From: Polyangiaceae bacterium
GTDB taxonomy: Bacteria > Myxococcota_A > Polyangia > Polyangiales > Polyangiaceae
Reading direction: 5' to 3'
DNA length: 64,000 nt
NCBI GenBank assembly: GCA_050287085.1
Contig: JBNKBE010000018.1
Coordinates: 67,864 to 131,863 of the forward strand
Position numbers and translations under genes: made by a program. How positions within the stretch are numbered: the first letter of the stretch is position 1; the number at the start of each line of letters is the position of its first letter. Under the pieces are notes generated by a model. It saw nothing but the letters and a program-made list of their open reading frames with translations. It was not told the origin of the DNA and did no database searches. This document shows, piece after piece, positions 18,883 through 28,741 of this stretch.

Positions 18883-21036
18883 TTACGGCTTGGTCACCAG
18901 CACAATCAAGTGCGGCGAGCTAGCACCAAAAAAGACCCCCGGAGTCGCAACCTGACCGGTCACTTCCGCCACTCGAAATCCAACCTGGTGCAGAAGGCGG
19001 CCCAATTCATGCAAACCGTAGAGCCGCATGGCGTAGACGAACTCTCGATTGTGTCCGTCGTCAAACATCATGGTCCGCTTGACAACCATGCGACTGGTGA
19101 TGAAGTCGAGATGCATGTCGTCCATACAGACGCAGCCGTCCCCCTCAAACCAAGCTTGGCTCGGTTGATGAAGCGCCACCCTGTCGCGATTGGGCACGTC
19201 TAAGAGAAACGACCCTCCCGGCTTGAGTGCACGAAAAATGCTCTCAAGCACCGCCAGATTGCGCTCTTCATCAAAGTAGCCAAACGTTGCGTTCCAACAC
19301 AACACTCCATCGAACGCGTCGCTATAGGGGAGGTCACGCATGTCTCCCTGCTCGAATGCAACACCGGGCTGCTCAAGGGCTCGCTCGTTGGCTCGAGCTA
19401 GCATCGCGGTGGAATAGTCAAGCCCTACAACGCTCAAGCCACGCTGCGCCAGACCTGCCGCATATCGGCCATCCCCGCACCCCAGGTCCAAGACCCTCGC
19501 CCCCGCCTCGAGTCCCAGGGATTCTTCGATGAAGTCGAGTTCGGTCTCCAATTGCGCTGCCGTTAGGGGCAGTGAAGCGCGCGCAAACTCCTCGGTGAAG
19601 AAGTCCTCCCACCACTGCCGGCGACGCTCGCCCTCCGCCAATGGCTGTGTGTCGCCACCGCGTTGACCGGAGCGGGGTGAACGACGGGGAGGAGCCGGGC
19701 GCTGATCCAGCGCGTCCTGCCCCCTGACTTCAGCATTGGATGTCGGTGTGGGCTCCAGCTCAACCTCGTCGTCGTCGAGATGAGTCACAACCGGAATGCC
19801 TGTGGGAGGCGTAAGCACCGGCTCGAGGCTGAGCGCCACCTCATCGTCAAAGCCGTCAAAGTCGATGTCCACGTCGGCCGCCCCAGTCTGGCGCCGGGCG
19901 GCGGTGACCGAGCGCAGTTCCGGATCGGGCGCGGCAGGCGTCGCGGCCGCACTCGCTCCGGAGGACATGGCGCCTGCTGGCGATTCAACCTGCCCGGCAG
20001 AGCCCCCGGGCTCCTTCCCTCCAAGACCGCTCATTTCTTCGGGACGCACCGCCGGAACCTCAAGCGGAGTAGGCGATTCTGAGCGACGAGGTTGCTGGAG
20101 CTGGGTGCGCTCTTCGAGCTCGCGCGCCGCGTACACCGATTGCTCGGCGGAAGCGCTGACTACATCCCCGGGAGGTGGGCGCAGCGGCGCCGCCGGCTCC
20201 GGAACGGTGGATACCGTTGAAGAGCTCCCCGCAGCGACCGATGGGGCAGCACCATAGTCCATTGGTTCGGGGCCCGCTACCGGAGGAAATGAATCCGGAA
20301 CGTCCGCGTCGTAGGCTTCATCAAGCCCTGGCTCGGCGAATGGAGCCGCCGGTACACTTGGCGCAGCCGCCCCACCCACCGCCCCCGACGCGAGCGCAGC
20401 GGTGTCCCAGCTTGCGCTCACTGCCTGCTGTGGCATTACACCGTCAGCGCTTTGGACGGGTAGCCCCGCGTGAGGCGCTGTCCCAGGCTCCGAAGACGGC
20501 ACAACCTGCGTCGGGGACTCATCTTCGACGACAGGCACGAGAGCCGGCAATGACGCTCGCGCAGGTGAAACCGTCGCAGGTGACACCGACGCGGGAATGG
20601 CCAGCCCGGGTAGAGCAGGTGGTGGTCCCTTGGCTCCCCCGCCCACCTCAATGATGCGCATGGGCATCACCGCTGAGCCAAAAGAAGGGGAACGCGCGGA
20701 GCCGGGCTTCGGAGGTGGTGGTGCAGAACGACCGAGGGGTCGCAAGGACGTTCTATCGCCCATAGGCGGTGGCATGGGCGGAGCTGCAACCGATGTCGTA
20801 AGGGCGTCCGCGCCGGTCAAGTCTGAGGCGGACTCGAACGCATCGCGTGCCTGGGACGGGCTCTTAAATCCGCCGGCTTGCCCGTCAGCGTCTTGCACCG
20901 CGTCGAGCGAGTCATCGCTCGGATGGGGAACGCGAAACGACGGTGCCCCGTCGGCAGGTGCCGGATTCGACGAACGACGCGGCAGTACCGCGTGCAGCCC
21001 ATCTAGTTCGGGCGCTTTGGGATCGTCCTCTGTCAT
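18883..21036 (-). CDS. Class I SAM-dependent methyltransferase with a long Pro/Ala-rich disordered N-terminus
   Basis: RVLDLGCGDG, GDMRDLP and LKPGGSFLLD in the C-terminal ~245 aa. Confidence 0.88.
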   Translation of the reverse strand: MTEDDPKAPELDGLHAVLPRRSSNPAPADGAPSFRVPHPSDDSLDAVQDADGQAGGFKSPSQARDAFESASDLTGADALTTSVAAPPMPPPMGDRTSLRPLGRSAPPPPKPGSARSPSFGSAVMPMRIIEVGGGAKGPPPALPGLAIPASVSPATVSPARASLPALVPVVEDESPTQVVPSSEPGTAPHAGLPVQSADGVMPQQAVSASWDTAALASGAVGGAAAPSVPAAPFAEPGLDEAYDADVPDSFPPVAGPEPMDYGAAPSVAAGSSSTVSTVPEPAAPLRPPPGDVVSASAEQSVYAARELEERTQLQQPRRSESPTPLEVPAVRPEEMSGLGGKEPGGSAGQVESPAGAMSSGASAAATPAAPDPELRSVTAARRQTGAADVDIDFDGFDDEVALSLEPVLTPPTGIPVVTHLDDDEVELEPTPTSNAEVRGQDALDQRPAPPRRSPRSGQRGGDTQPLAEGERRRQWWEDFFTEEFARASLPLTAAQLETELDFIEESLGLEAGARVLDLGCGDGRYAAGLAQRGLSVVGLDYSTAMLARANERALEQPGVAFEQGDMRDLPYSDAFDGVLCWNATFGYFDEERNLAVLESIFRALKPGGSFLLDVPNRDRVALHQPSQAWFEGDGCVCMDDMHLDFITSRMVVKRTMMFDDGHNREFVYAMRLYGLHELGRLLHQVGFRVAEVTGQVATPGVFFGASSPHLIVLVTKP

Positions 21037-21857
21037 CAGTCCCGCCCGAGGCTTTCTCCGTACAAGATGGGACCCGTCGCCCGAGACAGCCGCCCTCGTT
21101 TTTCAAAGAACGCCACCACCGTTGAACCGAGGTGAAAGGTTCCGATCTCGTCGCCTTGCGCGACAGCAAGGGGGGGTTCGATCGGGTGGTCTCCGACGGG
21201 AACCGCCGGAGCATCGATGGCCGTCACCGAAATACGCCCCACGATCGTCGCACCGACCATCACGACAGTAACGCGACCCAGATCCGGAGTATCGATCACA
21301 ATGGCCACGCGCTGGTTGCGTACAAACAAGCCCGGAACGTGCCGCTCACCGATGGAGTTCACCGGGTAGAGATCCCCTGGCAGCGAACGAATGGTGCTCA
21401 CCTGCCCCGCCACGGGCGCGTGCACGCGGTGGTAATCCCGGGGATGCAGGTAGATGACAATGAACTCGCCATCACTGTAGCGCGGCGCATCATCTTGAGA
21501 GCCCACCAACTCGGCCACGCCATAGTCCCGACCCTTGACGCGAATGCTGGTGCCGTCGTGCACGTCTCCCACAGCCACGACCTTGCCGTCAGAAGGACTG
21601 ATCACCGGAGCGTCGTCGAGTGGACGCGCCCCCGAACGGAGCCGACGCGTAAAGAACTCGTCAAATGTACGGTACGGACCCGCCTGAGGTTCGGCCTCTT
21701 CCAAATCGACGCGGTAAGCACGCGCGTAGATGCGGGAGGCAACCTCAGAAAGAACCGGGGGGATCTCCTGCTCGCACAGGCGGCCGACAGCGCGACTCAG
21801 TTTGACGCGGGGAATGAGCCTGACGAGTTGAGCGGCGGCGTAGGATGAAACGGTCAA
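21036..21857 (-). CDS. psd: Phosphatidylserine decarboxylase proenzyme
   Basis: FFTRRL, SPSDG, YLHPRDYHRVHAP, and the FHLGST autocleavage motif. Confidence 0.95.
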   Translation of the reverse strand: MTVSSYAAAQLVRLIPRVKLSRAVGRLCEQEIPPVLSEVASRIYARAYRVDLEEAEPQAGPYRTFDEFFTRRLRSGARPLDDAPVISPSDGKVVAVGDVHDGTSIRVKGRDYGVAELVGSQDDAPRYSDGEFIVIYLHPRDYHRVHAPVAGQVSTIRSLPGDLYPVNSIGERHVPGLFVRNQRVAIVIDTPDLGRVTVVMVGATIVGRISVTAIDAPAVPVGDHPIEPPLAVAQGDEIGTFHLGSTVVAFFEKRGRLSRATGPILYGESLGRD

Positions 21858-21911
21858 GGGGGTCCTCTGAAGAGATATCCCATCAATCGTAGGGCGGAAG
21901 TCGCCTACGGG

Positions 21912-23537
21912 TCAATCATCGAGCCGGCGCCGAGCCGCATTGCAGAGTTTGCGTCGCACCGGGTCGGCGGGTAGAGAAAGCGGCCCGTCGGCGCGCTCAT
22001 TGGGTGCAGAATCCTGGGAAGCGCCGGCGTCCGCGACGGGCATCGACACAAGCGAGCGGGTGTCTTGGCTATGCCCCTCACAAGCGGCGGCCTCCCCCAG
22101 CGGATCAACGGCGATCGCCAACTCAAGAAGACCCTCGCTAGGGGCCCCGCGTTCCTGGGCAAGCCGGCCGCGCAGTCCGAGCCACGCGCCGTGCAAACGT
22201 TCCACTTCGTCAATCGTCCCCAAGCGTTCGTCCACTTCCGACCGGGCCAGGGCCATTGCCAAAGCCGCTACACGATAGCGCACCGCCGGAATGCGAGGGG
22301 CTGAGCGCGAGGCGTCATCATAATAGCTAAGCGCCAGCTCCGCTTGTTCTGCCTCCCGGAGCAGATCACCCAGGCGTACGGATTGTATCACCGGCCTCTT
22401 GGCCGCATGAGCTTCCGGCACCTCCTCGACCGAAGGTGGCTTGTCGGGAGCGGAAAGCAGATGGCGCTGCCATTCGACGATCCAGAACGCGAGTGGATAA
22501 CCCGTCACCGCTTGCATCGCAAGATTCGCATCCCGCGTGGCCAACCCGCGCAGGTCCGCGAGCAGTAGTGTGAGCGCTGCGCGGCCATTGCGCGCGATCC
22601 AATAGCCCATGAAGCTCTCCACCTCGGCGTACGAGATCCCCGCAGCCTCCGGTGTGGGCAACATGGCGATGGACGGCCCGATGCGATCGACGCCCACCGA
22701 AGTCCCCTGAAGTAGGGCATTGCGCGCGATGTCGTCGGCTACACGCTCCTCGTCAAAGGGGCGCGCCGGACGCCAGCGCGTTTCTTCGCGCTTAGCAACG
22801 CCTTCCTGCAACCACAACGGCGCAAAGTCCCCGCTGCCGCGACTGAGCACCAGGTGAGTGATTTCGTGGGCGAGGGTGTCCTGCCACGGGTAGCCGTGAA
22901 GCGCTGCCCGCGGCGACAGCATGGTCACCCGGCCCCAACGCGCCACGGCGACCGTACCGGTGGTTTCAGCAGCTTCCACCGGGAGCCCACTGACACTTGC
23001 CAACGAATAAAGATCGCGGACGAGATCGATCCTGAGCGGTCTCGGCAAAGTGATTCCGAGGTCGCGCTGCAACGTTTCGCGAGCAGCTACGGCCACCGCG
23101 GCAAGCGGTTCAGCCAGCACCTCGTCGCGACTATCTTGGAAGCGCAACCAAACGCCCCGCGCGCTGTCTTCAACGACGGTAGCGCCGGCCGTCGCGCGCG
23201 CACAAGTTCGGGCCAATTCCGCCAGTTGCTGCGTCTCCACCGACGGTGCAACGGCACCGAGAATCGCCTCCGCCGTGTCGCAATCACCGACGTAGATGGC
23301 CAATCTGGCGCGCTGCAAGGCAAGACCTGGGGAATCACCGCGCATGCGCTCGATCAAGGCTTTGGCCAACTCGACGTCGAGTTCCGTGATGGCACTCGCG
23401 ATGGCCGACACCCCGCCCCCTTCGGCCGCGGATGGAACTAGCTCCGCCCGAGCTCTCGCGGGCAAGCCCATAACCCAGAGGGCCACGAGCAGCCACGAAA
23501 GGTGGCGCAAGAGGAGACCGATCGCCTGCGGTGTCAC
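21912..23537 (-). CDS. Secreted zinc metallopeptidase (MA clan/gluzincin-like) with TPR-like segments
   Basis: HEITH plus PLWLQEGVA; signal peptide. Confidence 0.8.
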   Translation of the reverse strand: MTPQAIGLLLRHLSWLLVALWVMGLPARARAELVPSAAEGGGVSAIASAITELDVELAKALIERMRGDSPGLALQRARLAIYVGDCDTAEAILGAVAPSVETQQLAELARTCARATAGATVVEDSARGVWLRFQDSRDEVLAEPLAAVAVAARETLQRDLGITLPRPLRIDLVRDLYSLASVSGLPVEAAETTGTVAVARWGRVTMLSPRAALHGYPWQDTLAHEITHLVLSRGSGDFAPLWLQEGVAKREETRWRPARPFDEERVADDIARNALLQGTSVGVDRIGPSIAMLPTPEAAGISYAEVESFMGYWIARNGRAALTLLLADLRGLATRDANLAMQAVTGYPLAFWIVEWQRHLLSAPDKPPSVEEVPEAHAAKRPVIQSVRLGDLLREAEQAELALSYYDDASRSAPRIPAVRYRVAALAMALARSEVDERLGTIDEVERLHGAWLGLRGRLAQERGAPSEGLLELAIAVDPLGEAAACEGHSQDTRSLVSMPVADAGASQDSAPNERADGPLSLPADPVRRKLCNAARRRLDD

Positions 23538-26359
23538 TGCAGTAGCCCTTCCGCGTAGCGGCGTACCGCCGGTGATAGCTTATTGCCCTCCGCGCGCCCA
23601 AGACCTCGCAACACTCGCTTGCGAAACGCCTCCGCCGGGTTCTCTGCCTCTGCCCCCGGCACAGTCCCGCCTTGCGCCGGGTGGGCGCCCTCCGCTCCCT
23701 CCGACGCCGAATCGCTCGAGTCGCCAGGCTCCTCCTCAGCTTGCTCTGGATCGCTATCCTCGAGCAAACGCTGGGCAGAGCGCTGAATGTCGAGCGCGCT
23801 CTCCCCCTCCCCGCTGCGCAAGCGACGGGCCGCGTCCCGCATCAACTGCTCTGCCTGTTGCAGGCGCTGCACCGTGTCTTCCGGGAGCCCATTTGCGTCT
23901 TCGGAAGGTTGCCCAAGACGTTCCGTGCGTTCCGCGAGCTCACGCTCAAACTCCCCCACCTTCTGGAGTTGCTCGCGCGCAGCTTGTTGCCTCAACGCAC
24001 GGCGACGCTCCGCCATTTCACGCGTCCAGGCGAGTTGCTCAGCGAGCTGCTCTCGCGCCGCGCGCAGCGCGTCCTGCAGGCGGGGAGATAGGTCACCGCT
24101 ACGCTCCGCCGCATCCAACGCAGACAGCGCTCTTCGACCGCTTTCGACCGCTTCGTCCAGGCCTAAGCGACCGAGCTCGTGGGCCATTGCCCCGGCGTGT
24201 TCTCGCACCAGCGACGCGGAGGCTTCACCCGTGCCCGGCGCGGCGCCTGGTGCCGGCAAGCTAGCAACACTCTGCCTCAGCGCTTCGGCTCGGGCCTCGG
24301 CTTCCTGACGAAGGTCGTCCAGGGGCACGGCGTCTTCCGCTTCTTTCAGGGCTGACGAGGTCCGGGCAACGGACTCCGCATGTTCCTGTGCAAGTCGCTG
24401 CAATTCGCCCAGCGCGCGCTCAAACTCTCCGGGTGCGTCTGACGCGTCCCCTTCGGCTTCGCCACCGCTGCCGCCCCCCATACCGGGCCCGGCTTCAACG
24501 CCGCCGCCCCCGCTGCCTCCCTTGGCTCCAAAACTCGGGTTGGGGCGATGCAAGCGAGCTGCCATGTGCAGCAAAGCGAGCTCGGCGTGGAAGATATCGA
24601 CCTTGGCCTGGGCGGCCAGCACTCGTCCGAGGTCCCCCTGCGCAACGCTGCCCACGTCGCTCCCTAGAAGCCCGAGCTGCTTCAACTCGACAATGCCCAG
24701 TTTCAATACCCCAAGAGCCGCTTGCAGCCGCCGCTCCCCCTCTGAGCGCTGCTCCAAGCTTTGCGCCATCCGCGCCGCCAGCGCGCCTTCCTCGGCGACG
24801 TCTCCCAGCTGTTTGGAGACGCGGCGCGCATCGCCCTCGACCAATGCCTCAACGCCGCGATCGAATGCCAATAAGAAGACTTCCGTGGCTCGCACCTCGT
24901 CGCGCCGACGCTGGTAGGCCTGACGCAAGCTGTCAAGCTGCCCACGAGCAAATGCGCTCCACCGAGCGGGCACCGACAAGCCGGAATAGCTCTGGTTCGC
25001 CGCGCTCAAGGTCTCCGTCCGCATCGCCTCAAAGCGCATGCTGAAAGCCTCCCGCTCGCGACGTGTGGGGCGTTCTCCCAGCCGGACGCGGGCCGCCAAG
25101 AGCTCAGCCCAGTGCCGCCGGACCGCTGCCAACGCGCGATAGCGTTCGAGGGCCGGCGCCCCAACTCCCGGTGGCCGCACCGTGATCGCAGCGCTCTTAC
25201 CCCACTTATTGCCCACCCGCGGATCGTTGTCACGCGCCTCGATGGTGACCTCAGCGGGTAGGAACAAGCGGCGAAAGAACGGATCCCGTCCCCGCAACAC
25301 GTGTCCACCGCTGGCAAAACGCTTGTCGCTGGGGTAACGCTCCAGCGGTCGTCGTTCCTCTCGGCCCGCTGAGCGGAGCACAAGATCCACCTGCACCAGG
25401 TTGTGATCATCCCGCGCCGACCAAGCCAGGGACAACTCGCGCAAAGACTGGAGTTCAACGGTCTTGGGCGCTTCCGCCAACTTCACCTCAGGCGGGAGAT
25501 CGGGCAGTGCATGAAGCTCGATAGCCCGTACGCCCGGGATCAGCACATCACCCAAACGAGCCGCAACAATCAGGCCCCCGCTTCGCTCTAGCTCCCAACG
25601 CGCGACCCAATCCCCCGAGCCTTCGGCAGAAAAAGGAACTTCCCGCTGGCCGTCGGTCAGCACCAAATGCCGGCCCCGGGCGAGGGGTTTGCCGCGCACT
25701 GTGATCACCGTCCCTTCCGGGAGCGCCACCCCCGACTGCATGGTGAGCCGCAGCGACGACATCCCAAGATAACTCGGCGGTTCGGCATCAACTGCCACGC
25801 GGTCGAGCCACGGTATGGGGAACGCACCATATCCGTCCCGAGCAAACAAGACGTCCGCCCCCTCCAAGACGCGCAGAGGTGCGTACACAGCCGCCAGGGT
25901 TGTCAATGCGAAGCATGCGACTGCGAAACGACGTATCAAACGAGCTCGCTCGCGTACCAATCGTTCGACCAGGGAAGGATCGACAGCGGCGAGCGTCTGC
26001 GCATAGTGCAACTCCACCAAGGCCCGGCTTTGCTCGTGCGAAGCAACGTGACGGAGTCGGTAGGCCCTCAATAAGCGCCCACCGCGCGCAGGCTGCGAGC
26101 CCACGACCACCCGGCGTATCAAGCCTTCCGGATCACGGCGCGCGCGCCGTCGATAAACGCTCCACAACACAAGCCCGACACCGACTCCCACGATCAGCAG
26201 CACCGCGGTGATGCGCGCCCGCTCGGTACCGGCTCGCGCCACATGGAGCGCGCCCAAGCCAGTGGCGAGCAGGAGCGCGATGGAGGCCAAGCGCTGAGCG
26301 CGCCGAACCGTACGCGCCTCGACGGCCAAGAGGGGTGCGAGATCCGGAGGAAACGCCAT
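23534..26359 (-). CDS. DUF4175-like membrane-anchored coiled-coil protein
   Basis: N-terminal TM helices, PPSY, ARDDHNL and EARDND motifs, long coiled coil, ends VRRYAEGLLQ; GTGA overlap with the peptidase gene. Confidence 0.7.
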   Translation of the reverse strand: MAFPPDLAPLLAVEARTVRRAQRLASIALLLATGLGALHVARAGTERARITAVLLIVGVGVGLVLWSVYRRRARRDPEGLIRRVVVGSQPARGGRLLRAYRLRHVASHEQSRALVELHYAQTLAAVDPSLVERLVRERARLIRRFAVACFALTTLAAVYAPLRVLEGADVLFARDGYGAFPIPWLDRVAVDAEPPSYLGMSSLRLTMQSGVALPEGTVITVRGKPLARGRHLVLTDGQREVPFSAEGSGDWVARWELERSGGLIVAARLGDVLIPGVRAIELHALPDLPPEVKLAEAPKTVELQSLRELSLAWSARDDHNLVQVDLVLRSAGREERRPLERYPSDKRFASGGHVLRGRDPFFRRLFLPAEVTIEARDNDPRVGNKWGKSAAITVRPPGVGAPALERYRALAAVRRHWAELLAARVRLGERPTRREREAFSMRFEAMRTETLSAANQSYSGLSVPARWSAFARGQLDSLRQAYQRRRDEVRATEVFLLAFDRGVEALVEGDARRVSKQLGDVAEEGALAARMAQSLEQRSEGERRLQAALGVLKLGIVELKQLGLLGSDVGSVAQGDLGRVLAAQAKVDIFHAELALLHMAARLHRPNPSFGAKGGSGGGGVEAGPGMGGGSGGEAEGDASDAPGEFERALGELQRLAQEHAESVARTSSALKEAEDAVPLDDLRQEAEARAEALRQSVASLPAPGAAPGTGEASASLVREHAGAMAHELGRLGLDEAVESGRRALSALDAAERSGDLSPRLQDALRAAREQLAEQLAWTREMAERRRALRQQAAREQLQKVGEFERELAERTERLGQPSEDANGLPEDTVQRLQQAEQLMRDAARRLRSGEGESALDIQRSAQRLLEDSDPEQAEEEPGDSSDSASEGAEGAHPAQGGTVPGAEAENPAEAFRKRVLRGLGRAEGNKLSPAVRRYAEGLLQ

Positions 26360-26868
26360 GACAATCCAAGCGAAGGCTGAGCAACCGCTCCTAAATGCGT
26401 CCCCGTCGCCCGGCTCGAGGCGGGGGGGCGGCGCAATTCGACACCACCACGTGCGACTGGTTCTGCTTGTGTTCCATCATCGTTGCTGAATCATCGATCT
26501 CTTTGGACCGTCTTTGGGGGAGTGTTGCCGCTCGCTTGTCCCTTCCGATCTAGCAGACAATGCCGTGAAGATGAGCCCCACGATGGACCAATTTGCTCGC
26601 CCCACCCCCGAACGGGACGGAGAAGCCGACGAACGCCGCTCGTTGATGTAGAGGCGAAGGCCCACCGGTTCAAGCGCCACTCGCCATTTCGCCCGACGGG
26701 CGGGTGGATAGCGGCGCACGCCAGCCCTCGCCCCTCACCGACTCCGCCGCTACCTATCCGGTGTATGACGCAGCAGAAGTGCTGACCCGAGCCCCCTCGC
26801 AGCAACCCGCTACCCGGCCCCGGCAAGTCCCTTCCCTCGGATCGCTCGAGTGATATGATTCGGGTGCG

Positions 26869-27630
26869 ATGATCGACCTTGCGGGACGTCTTCGAGCCCT
26901 GCCGCAGCCAGGGCTCCGTCTGCGTTGGTTTGTAGATTGGTCGCGACGCGCGGGCGCTGAAAGAGCCGCTTTGGCGATCGAAGTCTTGCTGAGCGCCGCC
27001 GACTCCTTCACCCCGAGCGCAACCCCAGGGCTCATCACGCTTGCCGCATGGCAGGGCAGCGCGTGTGATGAGCCCACGCTCCACCAGATCTGCCAAGTGG
27101 CCCAAGGCAACGCGCTGCCGCACACGGAGGAGCTCACGCGCGGCATCGAGAGCTCTTCCCAAGACCTGGCGCGCGAACTGCTCCAGCCAGTGCCGGACTA
27201 CGGTCGCGGTCGCAACTTGACCCTCGGAGAGCGCAAGAGTCTCGCGCGCAGAATGGGCCGGGGGGAAATCGACCGTTGGCTCCGCGACCCGCACCCGCAG
27301 GTCATCAAGCAGTTGCTCATCAATCCACGCCTCAAGGAATCGGATGTGGTGCGCCTCGCTACTCTGAAACCCGCCTCACCTTCGGCGCTAACTCATCTTT
27401 TTCGTGACACACGCTGGTTGATGGCGCCACGGGTCCGCAGCGGGATTCTTCTCAACACTTCAGTTGTCGTGTGGCAGGCGCGTCCCCTACTCTGGTTATG
27501 TACTCGTCCGGAGCTGGAGCGCGTCAGCGCCAGTCCCAATCTGGGCGACGACCTCAGGAGCTCCGCCCGTCACCGACTGTCCTTGCTCCCCCCCATCGCG
27601 CGAGCCCGCACGCACGCGACCGTTCACTGA
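26869..27630 (+). CDS. Hypothetical helical-repeat protein
   Basis: LTLGERKSLAR...DPHPQVIKQLLINPRL pattern; extended -10 TGATATGAT upstream. Confidence 0.7.
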   Translation: MIDLAGRLRALPQPGLRLRWFVDWSRRAGAERAALAIEVLLSAADSFTPSATPGLITLAAWQGSACDEPTLHQICQVAQGNALPHTEELTRGIESSSQDLARELLQPVPDYGRGRNLTLGERKSLARRMGRGEIDRWLRDPHPQVIKQLLINPRLKESDVVRLATLKPASPSALTHLFRDTRWLMAPRVRSGILLNTSVVVWQARPLLWLCTRPELERVSASPNLGDDLRSSARHRLSLLPPIARARTHATVH

Positions 27631-27636
27631 ACCACT

Positions 27637-28686
27637 GTGTCATCCCCCCCGCCTTCAGGGCGCCCCCGACTCAACGAATTCGATGTGCTGCGAGCCATCG
27701 CCATCACCCTGGTGGTGTTGGCTCATTCGGTGGTGCATCGCCCGAGCTTCCCGGCCCTTCTCCGCAATCTCATCGCGGGCGGCACCTGCGTATTTGTGTT
27801 CATCTCGGGCTACTTCTTTCGCGAGGTTTTCTGTTTTCGCTACACTGCCTCGCGCTTCTGGATGAAACGGGCCCGCGCGTTGGTGCCGCCATTTCTCACG
27901 GTTTCCGCAATCGGTGCCGGATTGATCATCGTTGGGCGCATGCGAGACGGCGCCCCGCCAATCACCGCAGCCAGCGACGTTCTGCTGGCTGCGGTGCGGC
28001 GCGGATACGTCTTGCATCCCCACTGGTATATCGGCTTTGCGCTCTTGCTCTTTGCACTTGCCCCGCTCTTCACGCGCTTCGCCAAGGCTCCGCTCCGCGG
28101 ACAATGGGGAGTATTCGCGCTCGCGACTCTTGTCGCCGCATTGGCACATCGCCCTCCTCGCGAAGCCGCACTATGGGAAACCGCCGCCCATTCTGTCATC
28201 TACTTCACGCCTTGCTACCTGCTGGGCATTTTGACAGCTGGGCACCGCGGGCTATTCACCCAAATAAAGCGTCCCGCGAGCGCCCTATGTCTCACAGCGC
28301 TGCTGGCAGCATTGCTGCTGCAAAGCTACGCAAGCTCGCGCAACGGAAACAGCCACAAGCCACTGTTCATCTTTGCCGGACTGGACCTCATTCTGCTGCA
28401 GAAGCTACCTGAGTGCATCTTGCTGCTCTATGTTTGCGAGCATCTCAAGCACCCCCGGTTGCTGCGAGCGGTGCGCTTGGTCTCGAATGCTAGCTTTGCC
28501 ATCTTCTTTCTGCATGCGCTACTCTGCGACCGGCTGGTTCAGCTAGCGGAAGGGCTTCACGCCGGCCCCGCTTATGACGTCGCCGCCACCTTTGTCATTG
28601 CCACGCTCGGAGTGCTCGGCAGCCTGTTAGTTGCCACGGTCGTGAAACGAATGACCCGACACTCGCGAGCGCTAATTGGGTACTAG
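27637..28686 (+). CDS. Acyltransferase family 3 (OafA-like) membrane protein
   Basis: FDVLRAIAITLVVLAH, FVFISGY, WYI and SFAIFFLH motifs; multiple TM helices. Confidence 0.9.
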   Translation: MSSPPPSGRPRLNEFDVLRAIAITLVVLAHSVVHRPSFPALLRNLIAGGTCVFVFISGYFFREVFCFRYTASRFWMKRARALVPPFLTVSAIGAGLIIVGRMRDGAPPITAASDVLLAAVRRGYVLHPHWYIGFALLLFALAPLFTRFAKAPLRGQWGVFALATLVAALAHRPPREAALWETAAHSVIYFTPCYLLGILTAGHRGLFTQIKRPASALCLTALLAALLLQSYASSRNGNSHKPLFIFAGLDLILLQKLPECILLLYVCEHLKHPRLLRAVRLVSNASFAIFFLHALLCDRLVQLAEGLHAGPAYDVAATFVIATLGVLGSLLVATVVKRMTRHSRALIGY

Positions 28687-28741
28687 AACCGCTTCCAAGA
28701 AGGCGCGTTGACCCAGCAGCACAGCAACCGGACACGCCGTC

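Noticed and set aside
26360..26868. ncRNA or small gene in the 510-bp divergent gap
   Set aside because: No recognisable RNA motif, and the short ORFs look non-coding.
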